Shown here: positions 11,265 through 22,852 of the stretch, piece by piece
How the letters are laid out: each line of letters opens with the position of its first letter
How positions within the stretch are numbered: the first letter of the stretch is position 1
Assembly: GCA_040285825.1 (NCBI GenBank)
Contig: JAUPSS010000008.1
Span: forward strand, 372,001-436,000
Direction: 5' to 3'
DNA: 64,000 nt
Source: Eukaryota sp. TZLM1-RC
Lineage: Eukaryota > Protista > Metamonada: BaSk clade
The notes under the pieces: generated by a model
Told to the model about the DNA's origin: nothing
Databases searched by the model: none
Seen by the model: only the letters and a program-made list of their open reading frames with translations
Position numbers and translations under genes: made by a program

Positions 11265-13394
11265 TTACACAAACACGGTGGGAAACCATAGAGTTCTGGC
11301 CATAACTCTCCACACTTGCGAATGCAAATATTCTTTGCTGCTGATATCATACACTTGATGGCATGCTGGACAAAGTTTGTATTGCCATACTAGGGTTGAT
11401 TTTGCCTCACGATAGCAGCAGCATGAGAACTTACTGGTGCCTTCATCTTCATTGGTCATTAGCACTATAATGTTTCTCTTGGCATTTTAGCCAGGCAATG
11501 AAGCAACGGGCAAATCCGTATCGTTGTACTTTTTTGAAACGACCAGGAAGTTTTGCAGCGCCGACAGCTAAATATAGTGTATCTGGGTATCCTGCTACTC
11601 GTTTAAATTCATTTAATGCCTCTTTGAATCTTCTTTCTTTTCCTCTACGGTTGTCAAACTGCAGATATTTTCACTTGGCACGATTTCCTTCCCTATATAT
11701 TCTGTCTTTAACCAGTATCTAATGATTCATATATAGTTTCATACTATAAACTGAATACTGACAGAGAGACATTTTGTGAGGTGAAGGTTTTGTTTTGAAG
11801 CTTCTTGAGGTTGGACATGGTATAACTGCTGCTCCGTATTCATCCCAGACCACTTAAGCGAAATTGTCCCGGATCCACACCGTCAACAGGGTGTATAGGA
11901 TTGTGCTCAACGGGAAGTGCTTCTGCGGGCTTCCTGGATCTCCTCTTTTTTCCAGCAGCCTGAAATTTAACACTTCGAGTGACCTAGTTGGTAGATGGAT
12001 CGTTAGTCACCTCTTCTTTGGTCCTTCTACGCCATGGTGCCCTTTCGTTAACCTCAGAAAACGGAACTAGAATCTCGTTTCCATTACTTCTTACTGTTGT
12101 CTCACTGAACTTACTTTTCACCTCAACATTATTAATACCAAAGAATGAATGAGGACAAGTTTTGATTATTCATTTTAGTAGCATCAGTACAATAAATTGA
12201 ATTATAGATTTGATCTTCTCCAATAAAAAACTCGTGATGATTTCAGAATTTAAGGCCACTAACTTGCAGCAATTTAGTCTTGCAAGATGCTAATTACATG
12301 AATTTATGCCTACGCCAACAGAAAGAAAAATGTCTTAGCTCTCTGCTGAGGTGGTCAGCTAGACGTGTATGGAATCCCATTAGGTCATCATTATGCTGAC
12401 TACAGAGCTCGACATGATTGGACGCTGTCAATTTTTCTTCAACAATACGAAATTTTTCCAGAAGTTGTTCTAAGTAGCAACAAATCTGAAACATTACTGT
12501 TTCTGTTGGATTGTGGTTGGATTCGAGGTTCAAATAAACCTTCACATTGAATTTGAAATTAGAACGTTGACTGAAGAATAATAAAAAAAATTATTTTGGA
12601 ATTCTTTATTTAAATTTAGTGCCTTATTATTAGCGCTTATACAATTTTTCAACCATGATGAGCACGTTTTTGGTAGTGATGATTTGAAATTTGAAACAAG
12701 GTCTTTTGAAAGTAAAAATAGATAGCTTGTGATGGCTTTGACATTAACTGAGGAACTGTTGTTTGAATGCACCCAGTTATTGAAAAATAGATGAAATTGT
12801 TTACTAATGATATAAATTTCTTCATCATAACCGATCCTGGCCACATTATAATCCTTTGGGTCTCAAAACTGGTTTCTTCGGGCATAAATGGCAGGAGACC
12901 ATTGTCAAACAGTTGCATCAGTTGTCTTTGCCTTTTTGAGGTATCCATATTTGGAACCCGGTTCTTATTTGTAATAGTCATAAATAAATACCACACATCA
13001 GATTCCAGTGCAGCTCGCCTGCATTAAAGAAAATGCAGAATAAACAATTGTTACAGCAAGGAGCCAGTATGGCATATTTCAGTCATTTTTGGAATGTCAT
13101 TGGAAATGGCCTCCACTGCAGCAGGTGTAAGCAAAGAGTTCAGAGCACAAAACCGGGTAAAGGTTCTTTTGCTCTCTTTGGTAAAACAACACGTTCTAGT
13201 GTTCTTAAATGCTCTTTAGCATCTTTTATCAAGTCGCCCCAATTTATATAGAAGTTTGTGGGTGGTGGAGCAGGCGGACAACCGTGACCAATGCCTCGAA
13301 CATGGTCAGAGGCTACTTGCTGTGCCCTCAGAGGGCAAGTACGTTTGTTATGTCCTTCAACTCGGCAGAAAAAACACTGCATAATGGAAGGCAA
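11265..13394 (-). pseudogene. Fanzor1 (TnpB-derived RNA-guided nuclease) pseudogene, family 2, with N-terminal CCHC knuckle
   Basis: N-terminal CFFCRVEGHNKRTC; RuvC-I GVDPG (GAT = plus 11873-11875); LYLAVG; EGTSKFSCCC..CPACHQVYD; collinear with family 1 (VIPCPT..TKPSP); many stops and frameshifts. Confidence 0.85.
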
Positions 13395-13797
13395 TCAAAA
13401 ATAATTGATTGTTTACCGCCAGTCACTTTCAACAATATATCTGTTTTATAATTGTCTTTTTGAAGTAAGCTTGTAAAATTAGTTTAAGGTACATTTGTCG
13501 CAACGGTGGGCTCTTACTGATTTTCTTTCTTACAAGTAGTTTATTGTGTAACTGTTGTCGGTTGTTGGGTTTCAATTGGTTTGACATCACTTTCCTCATT
13601 CAAACAGAGTTGGCATGAGATAATGTACTATTTTTTTTCATTTGAAATGCATACTTTCTTAATAATAATAATAATTATCAAAGATGAGTAGAAAAACCGG
13701 TAGAAAGAGTGCAGAGGGAGTCCTAAAGCTCGGAAAAGAAGGTAAGTGGGGGAAATAAGAACCTAGTTTATGAAGTGAGGGGAAAGTGTGGGAATAG

Positions 13798-14633
13798 AAG
13801 TGTTGCACCAGACGTTAATTTTTGAGCGTCTGTTTTAAAACAGACGTCGCGTCTGTCAAAAGCCGCCTTAGACGCTAATTTAGAACGACCATTTCCCCTT
13901 TACTTCCCTACCCCCGTCTCTTTTCAATAAATCCTATCCTAAACAAGTTTGCAATGCATATAGACTGGTCCAAATACTATACAGTCGTTGTTCCTCATGC
14001 TGAAAGTAGTGCCATTGGTGATGTTGTTGCTCTTTGATCTTGTTGGTCTATCTTTGCTTTTATTCACAGTACAAGAAGAAACAGGTTGACACCAGAGAGA
14101 GCTTCTGATCTGGTTTTTGTCTATACCAATCTTCAACTCATGAACAAAAGGGTTAATGTCACCATTGAGCGGTACTTTGCTGATTTTCCCCAGTGGAGGA
14201 ACTTGGTCGTAAACGTATCAGCAGTTATGACAGAAGAAGAAGTTGAAGCTCTGGATTCTATAATCGAAGATGATGAAATCCTTGACGAAGGAGTAGAAGT
14301 TGTGGCGATTCGAGGACAAGAAGTGGAAGAGAACATTCTTGAAGAAGAGTGTCCAACACCAACTCATCACGACTTCCTTGCTGGAATTGATTTTGATGAC
14401 CTTTGATAAGTTCATTGGCTGTTATAGTCGAGTTATATTGCATGTTATACAATAAACATTGATTTACTTCATAGATTCTAACAGTATCGTTTCAGTTTAG
14501 CCTAATTTAATTAAAGATTCTTTAATAAAGAAGGAGTCAAACAAGAAAAACGTGCGAAGACGCTGGTGCAGCGTCTGTTGGAAAAAAGACGCACGAAGAC
14601 AGAGACGCGTCTGATAACGTCCGTACAACATTA
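13798..14633 (+). mobile_element. Internally deleted hAT DNA transposon nested in the 5' end of Fanzor family 1 copy 1
   Basis: Perfect 8-bp TSD gggaatag (13790-13797, 14634-14641), with the empty site visible in the 22.9 kb copy; imperfect TIRs (aagtgttgcac / taatgttgtac); AGACG/CGTCT subterminal repeats; hAT dimerisation motif WSIFAFIHSTRRNRLTPERASDLVFVYTNL. Confidence 0.9.
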
Positions 14634-16703
14634 GGGAATAGTGAAAACCTAGTTGACGGTTAAAAACCTCCCAAAACAGGCAACCAAAAGTCGAAAATGG
14701 GGTGACAAGTGTAAAATTTGATAGATGTTCTGTTTATTCTCACTACATGACAGACACCCACTCTGTGTCACGTGTATTCACTCGGTCTTGTGCACTTAAT
14801 TCGCTGCTGGCCCCTGCAGTGGTGCAACAAATTCGGACTGACCTTCTTTTGGTCACCGAGATTTGTCATGAAGCTTCTTTATTGCTTCAATCTTTTTTTC
14901 TAAATTTCCGTTGGCATGTAGAGCTTTAGTGGAACAGGATGTAAGGTATCTGTTTATGACCGTCATCACCACTGGTTGTTTTCCAAAGCCATCCACCTCT
15001 AAAGGCCAACGCAATTACTCCATATCTTTTACAGTGGATTTCTTCCTGAATGCCCACAAGACAGGGCTCTTGTTTCTTCACGGGAGAATTCTTTAGTGCC
15101 TTATAGAAATTCATTCGATCTTTATCTCAATGCTTGGCTGCAGTCTCAGAAATTTAACTTTTTCAATAGAAAAGGGCTTTCTCCTTACCTTGCTTGTCGG
15201 GCTCGTCAATTGGCGTCTAACGTGAAGACAAGTTTACCTAAAATTTGTCAATCCTGGACAAAAAACTTTATTCGTGCTCATTGTAGAGCTTTAGATAAAA
15301 CGAATGTCTGTGCCAATTATCTTCTCTCTCTTTTACCAGATAAACCCTTAGCCCAACCCGAAGAAGTAGTTGTTGATTTTGTTCTCGAACACTACATCAA
15401 TTTCAATCTGAATAATTCAAGAGAAAGATTCTTTTTATTAAATGCATGTAAGTTTATCTTGAATCTCCTTCAAAGATTTCCTGCCACTGTTTCTCTACTG
15501 TCTTCACGTGATAAAATCACCTTTTCATCAAAGGAAATTGGTGAGCTTTTTCTCTTTAATCTTAAAATTTCACAATACTTACTCACTTTCTTTTCTCATG
15601 TGCATTTCTGGAAGAAATTTAGAATGATACCTTTAACCTCTCATAAAGGTTCTAAATTTCTTGAGGTTCATTCACATGTTTTCCACTCTGTGAAAAAACT
15701 TCCACTTATTGAAGGATCATCTTCCAAACAAAGTTTATCAAAAATACATGTCTACAACGAATATTTAAACAATGCCCTTACCAAAAATTTAATATCAACA
15801 GAAAAATTTTGAAAAATAGATTTAAAGAAATTTTATTGAAAACTAATGGTAATGAACTGCTTTTGACCTTTGAAGGTAAAAATAATGACTCAGAAAGCAC
15901 AGGTGAGCTGGATGAACCACCGAAAAAGAAACGAAGATTGAAGAAAGTAATGAAAAGTGACCCCGATGCTAACAAAACCAGAGAAGCACGGTTGAAGGGC
16001 ACTAAAAAATGCCTCGTCAAAGACGCAGACATTCAGTCGAAATTTTACCTGAAATTTCCCTTATTGGCGTTTATCTGGGCCAATCTAGATTATGTGGTTA
16101 CTTCATAAATGATAATCAATATGGAGTTATCCCTTGTCCAACTGGCAGAAGATACATGACAAAACCTTCACCCACTAAACACTCTCCCAACCAATATTCC
16201 GTTCAAAATTTCAACCAATATTTGAACCATTGGAATTTGGTCAGGAAGAAAATGTAATTCGGAAAGTAATCGCCAGAAATGGAAAATAATTAAATTTGGT
16301 AACCGTAGACGAAAAGAGAGACGGTTCAGAGAGAGAGAGTCTCAACAAATTTCAAAGGCTGGCTGGGCATCCTGAAAAACTTTATCTTGCTGTGGGTTCC
16401 GCTAATTTCCCTTGTCATTGCCGAAAAGTCAATTGATATGGATCAGCAAGGGCTTTCAGAAAATGTTTGTGTTATCAAAAGGACGTGAAGCACTTGTCAA
16501 CCAGTGAATTTAATACAAGCAAACTGTCCAGTTGTTGCATGGCCGAGAGTATTCAAGCAGACTCATGGCAGATGCGTATTTGTACTGAGTGTCGAATAGT
16601 ATATGATTGAGATATTTCCGCTGCAAAAAATATTCAAATTAAGAAGAAAGCGGAATTGTGGCCGGAAAGATATATTTGCCCAGAAGCTCTGTTGAGGAGA
16701 TGA

Positions 16704-16934
16704 GTGGGGAACCAGAGCATACAGAAACAAAAACTTTGGAAAAACTGATATTTTATTTTGAGTTTTTAATTTTTTTTTTAATTTTTTTGAAAAACTTTTG
16801 AGACCGATCTACAAATACCTTAGTAGCATTTGGTAGACCCACTTAGAAACATCAAGTCGCGAGGCCTTGTTTAAAAACAGGAGTGAATTTCACAGGGGAA
16901 TGCATGATAAGTGAAATTCACAGTAGAAAGACTA
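16704..16934 (+). ncRNA. Candidate Fanzor omegaRNA scaffold (copy 1)
   Basis: Conserved 3' of the ORF in both copies; GNRA-capped stem aagtc-GCGA-ggc; 11-bp stem gtgaatttcac (16883) / gtgaaattcac (16911). Confidence 0.55.
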
Positions 16935-17015
16935 TTGTACACTTCAATCTGAGTTTCAAACAGTATTGTCTTGGCTTAACCCAAATCCATTCCTACATTT
17001 TTCTCCCCTTCTCCA

Positions 17016-17570
17016 ATGTTTAAAAAGTTTGATCCATCACTTGTTTCGTCAACAAACATCCTGAAATCTTCTCATGCAAGATCAATACGTAACTCAATTG
17101 TTGACCAGTTTCCTCCTGTAGCAGATTATATCGATCTGATATGGCCAAAGAAAGCTGACGTTGTCGTGGGAAAGTGCCGTAATGCTGAGCGAACAAATAT
17201 CTTTTACATTGACGGGTTGCCCTGTTTTTTCAACACTCGAGATGTCAAAGATTCACCGCACATTCCTACACTTCGATTACTTCATAGATTCCCTATCATT
17301 TTGCCAAAAATGCAGGTTGATAGAGGTGCAATTAAGTTTGCTCTCAAAGGTGCAGACATGATGGCACCTGGCTTCACCAGTGCAGGAGGTTCAATGGATG
17401 ATGTTGAAGCAGGACAAGTTGTAGCCATAATGGCTGAGGGTAAAGAACATGCAGTTGGCGTCGGAATTGCTAAAAAATCCACTTCTCAGATACGTGAAGA
17501 TAACATTGGCATTGCTGTGGAGATGGTTCATTTTATTGGCGATGGCCTTTATAATATAACATCATTGTGA
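17016..17570 (+). CDS. MCTS1: Malignant T-cell-amplified sequence 1 / Tma20 (PUA-domain translation re-initiation factor)
   Basis: MFKKF start; PTLRLLH..VDRGAIKF..GADMMAPG..HFIGDGL signature. Confidence 0.95.
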   Translation: MFKKFDPSLVSSTNILKSSHARSIRNSIVDQFPPVADYIDLIWPKKADVVVGKCRNAERTNIFYIDGLPCFFNTRDVKDSPHIPTLRLLHRFPIILPKMQVDRGAIKFALKGADMMAPGFTSAGGSMDDVEAGQVVAIMAEGKEHAVGVGIAKKSTSQIREDNIGIAVEMVHFIGDGLYNITSL

Positions 17571-18943
17571 TGTATTCACATGTTCAAGCATTCACCATAT
17601 ATAGTCGTAAATAGACAACCATCTTTGCAGTGTCCATCATTGTCAGTTTTTAAATCCTGAACAACCCACTTTACATAATAAATTCGTCAGTAACTCAACA
17701 AATGTATGTTTCTGTTTATGATAATGTTAATTTATGCTCTAACCATACTTTTCAACACTCACCGACTTTTTTTGATACCATCTTTTCTGAGAAACTCCTC
17801 AGAACAACAGCCCTGTCAGTGGTTGCTTTTCATTTGCAACTTATTCCTTTTCTTTTGGTGTCCCAATTCCTAAAGCCAATGACAATATCGTTAACATCAG
17901 CTTTAAATTTGGATTTCAATCTGCTGACCCAAATGGTCTCACTCTCTTGTTTATTTGTCTAATTTCCCAGAGTGTGGTAGAGGGACACTCCATTTCATTG
18001 TGGAGTTATTTCTTGATAATTGATTGCTTGAATCCAATGTTTCTCTAGAGAATTCTCCCATTTTTATCAGATATTTCTCTAACAGAGACTTCACATTGAA
18101 GAGGTAGTAAATGAAACTCACGAAGTCTGAAATCGTCAGGAGTGATAATGATCTCCTCTTCACCATTGATTCTTTTTCTCGCTATTATTGTTTTAGTAGT
18201 TATCACTGCTCTCCATCCTAAAAATGATTGAATTGAAGCTGTTTGCTCCGTTTCTCTGAACTTCTGTGATTGAAGTAACTCTTTCTTTTTTAGGAGAAAT
18301 CCACGAAATTCAATAGGATGTTGTAGTCGATTATTTTATTGTAAATTCATTATATCTATTTGGTCGAGTCCTAATTTCTTGGTTCACGTATTCACAAAGT
18401 TGCTGAATTTTTCAACTCACACAAACAAAAATCCAACAAACTATACATTAATCCTGGTACACAAAGGTGAAGAAATTGTTATGCAATCAGATGTTAATGC
18501 TGCTAATCATTTCAAAATATAACTGATGATTACTATACGACAAATCATGAATTTTGTAGTGGATTAATTTCAAAATTTCTATTTCTTCTTTCATTTGTTG
18601 ATAGACAATAATCAATATTTGTTGAAGAAATAGAAATTAGTTTGTGCACCCCAAAGTGGTAACAGCTTGTTGTGTAAGCTGCCACTACCTTGAAAGTGAT
18701 TGTCAGTCAAGACACCTGAGTGTTGCTGGCTCAGCTATGTCTGTTAATGAATAAATTTAAATTTAAATAGGTTAACATCTGCGCACTTTCAATTTAAGAC
18801 AGTGTAACATATTGATTAAATTATGTGTGTAATACTCGAATTTATGATAAAGTTGAAGCAAAAATGTAGAATGTAGAATCATATATTTACTGAAAATACG
18901 ATGACCACAGTTTGTTCATAAAGCCAACATGCCCTAAAAGCAC

Positions 18944-19361
18944 TTATTCTTCTTCTTCAGCGGTTTGATAGTATCTGAGAGTATAAGTGTCCTTGGCAGA
19001 GGCTACGCAGCGTAAGAAATCACGGACACCGGTGTTCTTCAAAAATCTCTTAGAAAGATACTTAAGATATCTCTTGGAGAAGGGGATATTGGTTTCAACG
19101 GTGATGATATTCCCTTGTCTCTTGATAGCAACAGCTTCTCCGAGGTTCTTGGTCTTTCCATCGACCTTGATGCGATCTTGGAGATAAGTCTCCTGAGGTG
19201 AGCTGGCAACAAAATCATACGAATGCAACAGGATCTAAGATAGAATCTTCAGCGGGAGAAGTGCAATCAATATGGAAAACGTGGTGTTCGCGCTTTTGAA
19301 CTTTAGCTTTCTAGGGACAGTACGACGCAACCCTAGGACATACTTTAGTGAGGACGGGCAT
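18944..19361 (-). CDS. RPL22: 60S ribosomal protein L22 (eL22), two short introns (19311-19343, 19193-19220)
   Basis: Removing 33- and 28-nt GTATG..AG introns gives MPVLTKK..FHIDCT..AFETYLQDRIKVDGK..FSKRYLKYLSKRFLK. Confidence 0.95.
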
Positions 19362-19445
19362 TGCAGTGAAGAAAAGGACTTTATTTTTCCAAAATTCTTT
19401 TCATCATTTCCTTTCTGTATATAAACACCAAACAGACTGCATCTG

Positions 19446-21344
19446 ATGAAACTTTCAGAGCTTATTGCTCTTACTAAGGATCTTTATGAAACATTTGACC
19501 CGAAAAAGGTTCTCTGTGATACTCATACACAACAGTTCATAAACCTACATCAACTTGATGATGAGTCGGTGGTGCTTTTCATCTATGAGGTTTTTTCAGG
19601 AATCATACGTTACAAAAAAGTTGTTGAACCAATTGTTTCTTCTTTTTATTCTCACACACCTACTGCTCTCCGCACAGACAAATCTGTCTACGACATACTG
19701 ACGTATTTGTCCATTTTCAGATATTCTGAGTTTGATTTTGACGATTTCATTCAACTCTTTTCTATTTTAGATTCTTATCGCACTCACACCTTTTGTTCGT
19801 TTCTTTTCAACCCTAAACGGATTGAAACAGAGTTTAGATCTCATTGGAATACTGTCTTTGACTCTGATTATGTATCCACCAACCTTGTGGTTCCCCTTCT
19901 CACTGCCTGCTCTGAGCTAGAACTGTTTTTGCAAGAGATTGACAACAATGCGACGTTTAAACCCTTTGTCCCCAGCAAATCAAACAAAACAACTAAGCCC
20001 ATGGAGTTTTCTTTATCAAAAGGTAGACCCAGGCCACCTCCAGAGAGGGAAGCTATTTCAACAGAATTTAGAGCTTCCAAAATACCAAAATCCACGTACA
20101 AATTTGATCCTCCTGCCCCCACTTGCTCAAAACAACCTATTGCTCTCAATCCGCCGAATTTGACATTGGAATCACGCCCAACAAGGAAATCTGTTGTTTT
20201 ATCAGAATTAAAAGCGAAAGAAGAGTCTGAGAATACTTTCAAACCAACAATATCTTCAAGTCCAAAGCGAAAGACTCCCAGCATTCCAGTTAAACTTAAT
20301 ACGACAACAATTCTTAGGGAAGATTTAATATTTAGAAAACAAGAGCTGGAAGAAGTAAGAAAAGTTGAAGAATTCGAAGTTTGCCTGCATGATGAAGCTC
20401 AGTATTACGATGAAGTCAAGAGACGTCAAGAAGAAGAGCAACAGAAGGAACAAGAAAAAAGGGAAATGCTTAGACTACATGCCTTATTGTCGAGGGAAGA
20501 TGCCAAGGAAGCCGTGCAAAATGCTAAATTGGAAAACTTTTCGACAGCTCTTGAATTAAAAAATCAATTAGAGGAATTAAATTCAAAAGCTGAGCAAGAC
20601 AGAATTGTTGATCAATTATTACTTAAAGAGAAACGTAATGCGGTGCTGGCATGCCGTGGCAATGCTAGGCTAGCCAAGGACGAGGTACTTCAAACCAATG
20701 CTTCAGAAGGAGAGAAGAGAAGATTGGAAAGGGAACGTAACGAGGAAGAAGCAAAGAGAAGACAAGCTGAAGAAGTTAAACAAAAGGCTGAACTGATTGC
20801 TAAAATTAGGGCTGAGGATTTGATAAAGGATGGTTATACTGAACCCTTTGACTCTACCACTACTTCTGGCAGTGGGTTGCTTTGTGAAATGAGTCTTTAT
20901 GAGCTACAGGAAAGGTTAAAGGTTGTTAAAGTTATAAATAAGGAAAGAAGAGAGTTGAAGAGGGAGCAGATTCTAGGAGAAAAGCAACAAAAAGCAGAAA
21001 TACTGGAAAGGAAAGCACAATTAATTTCAAAAATACGACAGAATAAATCGGAAGCAGCTCAAAAGTCCCGTGACTTGAGAAGAAAAAAGATTGAAGAACA
21101 ACAACGACTTAAAGAAGAGATTACAGCTTCAAACAGCCAACAACTATTAAGCAAATTGGAACAGAAGAAGAAGGCAAGAATGGAGAGAGAATCGCAACTA
21201 AGAAAGGAGGCAGAATTAATTAAAAGAAAAAACCTTGCATTAAAAGCAAAGAAAAAGAAATCAGAGGTGGTTAAGTTTAATGATCTTGTCTCAGCTGAAA
21301 CTAGGGTGGAAATGGAGAAAACAAGCAAAGTTTTGAAGGGTTGA
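19446..21344 (+). CDS. CFAP99: Cilia- and flagella-associated protein 99-like
   Basis: 632 aa; helical N-domain (FIYEVFSG..), TTKPMEFSLS, KLNTTTILRED, GLLCEMSLYELQERL, long coiled coil. Confidence 0.75.
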   Translation: MKLSELIALTKDLYETFDPKKVLCDTHTQQFINLHQLDDESVVLFIYEVFSGIIRYKKVVEPIVSSFYSHTPTALRTDKSVYDILTYLSIFRYSEFDFDDFIQLFSILDSYRTHTFCSFLFNPKRIETEFRSHWNTVFDSDYVSTNLVVPLLTACSELELFLQEIDNNATFKPFVPSKSNKTTKPMEFSLSKGRPRPPPEREAISTEFRASKIPKSTYKFDPPAPTCSKQPIALNPPNLTLESRPTRKSVVLSELKAKEESENTFKPTISSSPKRKTPSIPVKLNTTTILREDLIFRKQELEEVRKVEEFEVCLHDEAQYYDEVKRRQEEEQQKEQEKREMLRLHALLSREDAKEAVQNAKLENFSTALELKNQLEELNSKAEQDRIVDQLLLKEKRNAVLACRGNARLAKDEVLQTNASEGEKRRLERERNEEEAKRRQAEEVKQKAELIAKIRAEDLIKDGYTEPFDSTTTSGSGLLCEMSLYELQERLKVVKVINKERRELKREQILGEKQQKAEILERKAQLISKIRQNKSEAAQKSRDLRRKKIEEQQRLKEEITASNSQQLLSKLEQKKKARMERESQLRKEAELIKRKNLALKAKKKKSEVVKFNDLVSAETRVEMEKTSKVLKG

Positions 21345-21505
21345 ATTATTAAGCTGTACATTAAATATAACATTTTATTGGTTTATGAATCTTTCTCAAA
21401 AGATTGGTTACTTTAATAAATGATCTTAAATAAATGAGTTAATAATTCTAGTAATTCTAGGACCAAATAATTAGGAGAGTCTACACTGAATTAGATAAAG
21501 ACTAA

Positions 21506-22822
21506 CTACTTGGTTTTTGACACAGTCACTTCCCCTGCACAGAGGAAAAAAAGGTAATATTCGTCTTCCTTAAGTTCGGCTATTGGTGAACTTGTATCAA
21601 GATTACATGAAGTACTGTATAGTCTAACCACATTGGTTATTCGGTCAATCCAAAGGTATAGGATTATTGGACGTTGGCGAAAAGAAGAGTGTTCACCAGT
21701 CAAATTGAACAGTGCTCCTGCTGAATCAATTGAGTAATCACCATCAATATTGATTGAATCAAAATAAATCTGTCTTCTTGGTGCTATTCCCATTCTGATA
21801 TAACCATTGCTAGCAACAATTCTCAGCTTTTGTGTGAAAATAATTCCCGGAAGTACAGGAAATTCCCCGATACCTAGACCATATGTTTTGCCTGTTGAAA
21901 CTAATTTAGCAGAAGTAGTGGTAATATTGTTGGTTTTTGAGGTGGTAGAAAACTTAAATACTGTGGAAAATACATGATCTTCAAGATTTTGATTTAGGAA
22001 CTTTACGATCGGAATATGGGGACCACATTTAATTAATTCAAAACCACATCTCTGGAAAAAATCAAGAAGAATAGTGGATTGTTTCGATTGTTTCTGTTGG
22101 GGTTTAATGTCAACCTTTTTATCAAGAATTGGCTCAATTTTGTTGATTAACATTTTCAAAAAGGAAACAAAATCTTCAAAATTAAGTTGACTAGCAATTG
22201 TGAAAAGATCTGCGCAATTATCAAAAGTAATATCTACGGAATTACCAGAAAACAGAGAGAAAAAGGTCTTGAAATTATCCTCTTGTACCTCAAATAATTG
22301 GGAAAAATCAATAACTTCTAGATCAAAATCAAAATCAAGAATTTTTTCCGGTAAATTGGATAAAAAAATCTCCAAAAGCTGAAAATTCGAATAAATGGTG
22401 GTTGTTTTATATATCAAGACAACAGTAGCATTAGAATTGATTCTGAAGAGAGAAGAGGATAATGGATTATCAAACACTATTATTTCACAAGAACTTGAAA
22501 ACAAATGTTCAGATGCACGTATAAAAGAAGAGAGTCTGCTATAGCCGATAGTTTCAGCTACAAGTAAGTAGTCGGCCGCTTCATTGGCATGAATGGTGAG
22601 AGGAGAGCCATAAATAGAGAGAATGACCTTCTCTAACTTGTCCGAGTCGATGTCAATCAAATTAAAATACTGATGTTCAGCACTGGTTAATCCTGATGTA
22701 GTCTTTACATGCGCATCTTGAAGATGTATAGTAGCAAAGAGTGTCTGCAGTGGTAGTGAAGAAACAGAGGGAAAAGCATAAGAGAGACATTGAAACAGTA
22801 TGTTGTGGGTTATTTGAAACAT
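21506..22822 (-). CDS. Hypothetical protein with tandem BTB/POZ-like segments and a possible SPRY-like C-terminus
   Basis: 438-aa intact ORF; ..ILSIYGSPLTI..ADYLLVAETIG.. and ..ITFDNCADLFTIASQLNF.. resemble BTB C-terminal helices. Confidence 0.55.
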   Translation of the reverse strand: MFQITHNILFQCLSYAFPSVSSLPLQTLFATIHLQDAHVKTTSGLTSAEHQYFNLIDIDSDKLEKVILSIYGSPLTIHANEAADYLLVAETIGYSRLSSFIRASEHLFSSSCEIIVFDNPLSSSLFRINSNATVVLIYKTTTIYSNFQLLEIFLSNLPEKILDFDFDLEVIDFSQLFEVQEDNFKTFFSLFSGNSVDITFDNCADLFTIASQLNFEDFVSFLKMLINKIEPILDKKVDIKPQQKQSKQSTILLDFFQRCGFELIKCGPHIPIVKFLNQNLEDHVFSTVFKFSTTSKTNNITTTSAKLVSTGKTYGLGIGEFPVLPGIIFTQKLRIVASNGYIRMGIAPRRQIYFDSINIDGDYSIDSAGALFNLTGEHSSFRQRPIILYLWIDRITNVVRLYSTSCNLDTSSPIAELKEDEYYLFFLCAGEVTVSKTK

Positions 22823-22852
22823 AAAAAATTAGGAAGAACTATTACAAAGGAT

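Larger units (their letters stand above)
13759..16934 (+). mobile_element. Non-autonomous Fanzor1 element, family 1 copy 1 (pseudogene ~14697-16703)
   Basis: Highly similar to 22853-25252 over the whole length with different flanks; GVYLG, LYLAVGSANF, SEFNTSK..CC, CTEC..DISAAKNI. Confidence 0.87.

Noticed and set aside
10328-14633. One composite hAT transposon (BED finger left, dimerisation domain right) carrying Fanzor family 2 as cargo
   Set aside because: Each hAT piece has its own termini, its own 8-bp TSD and different subterminal repeats, so they are independent insertions
16254-16276. 23-nt GT..AG intron rescuing the shared Fanzor frameshift
   Set aside because: Removing it does not restore the frame and deletes residues that align with family 2; a 1-nt insertion explains it
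19868-20284. Antisense and overlapping short ORFs here and throughout the track
   Set aside because: Shadows of real genes or TE ORFs, with no independent motifs
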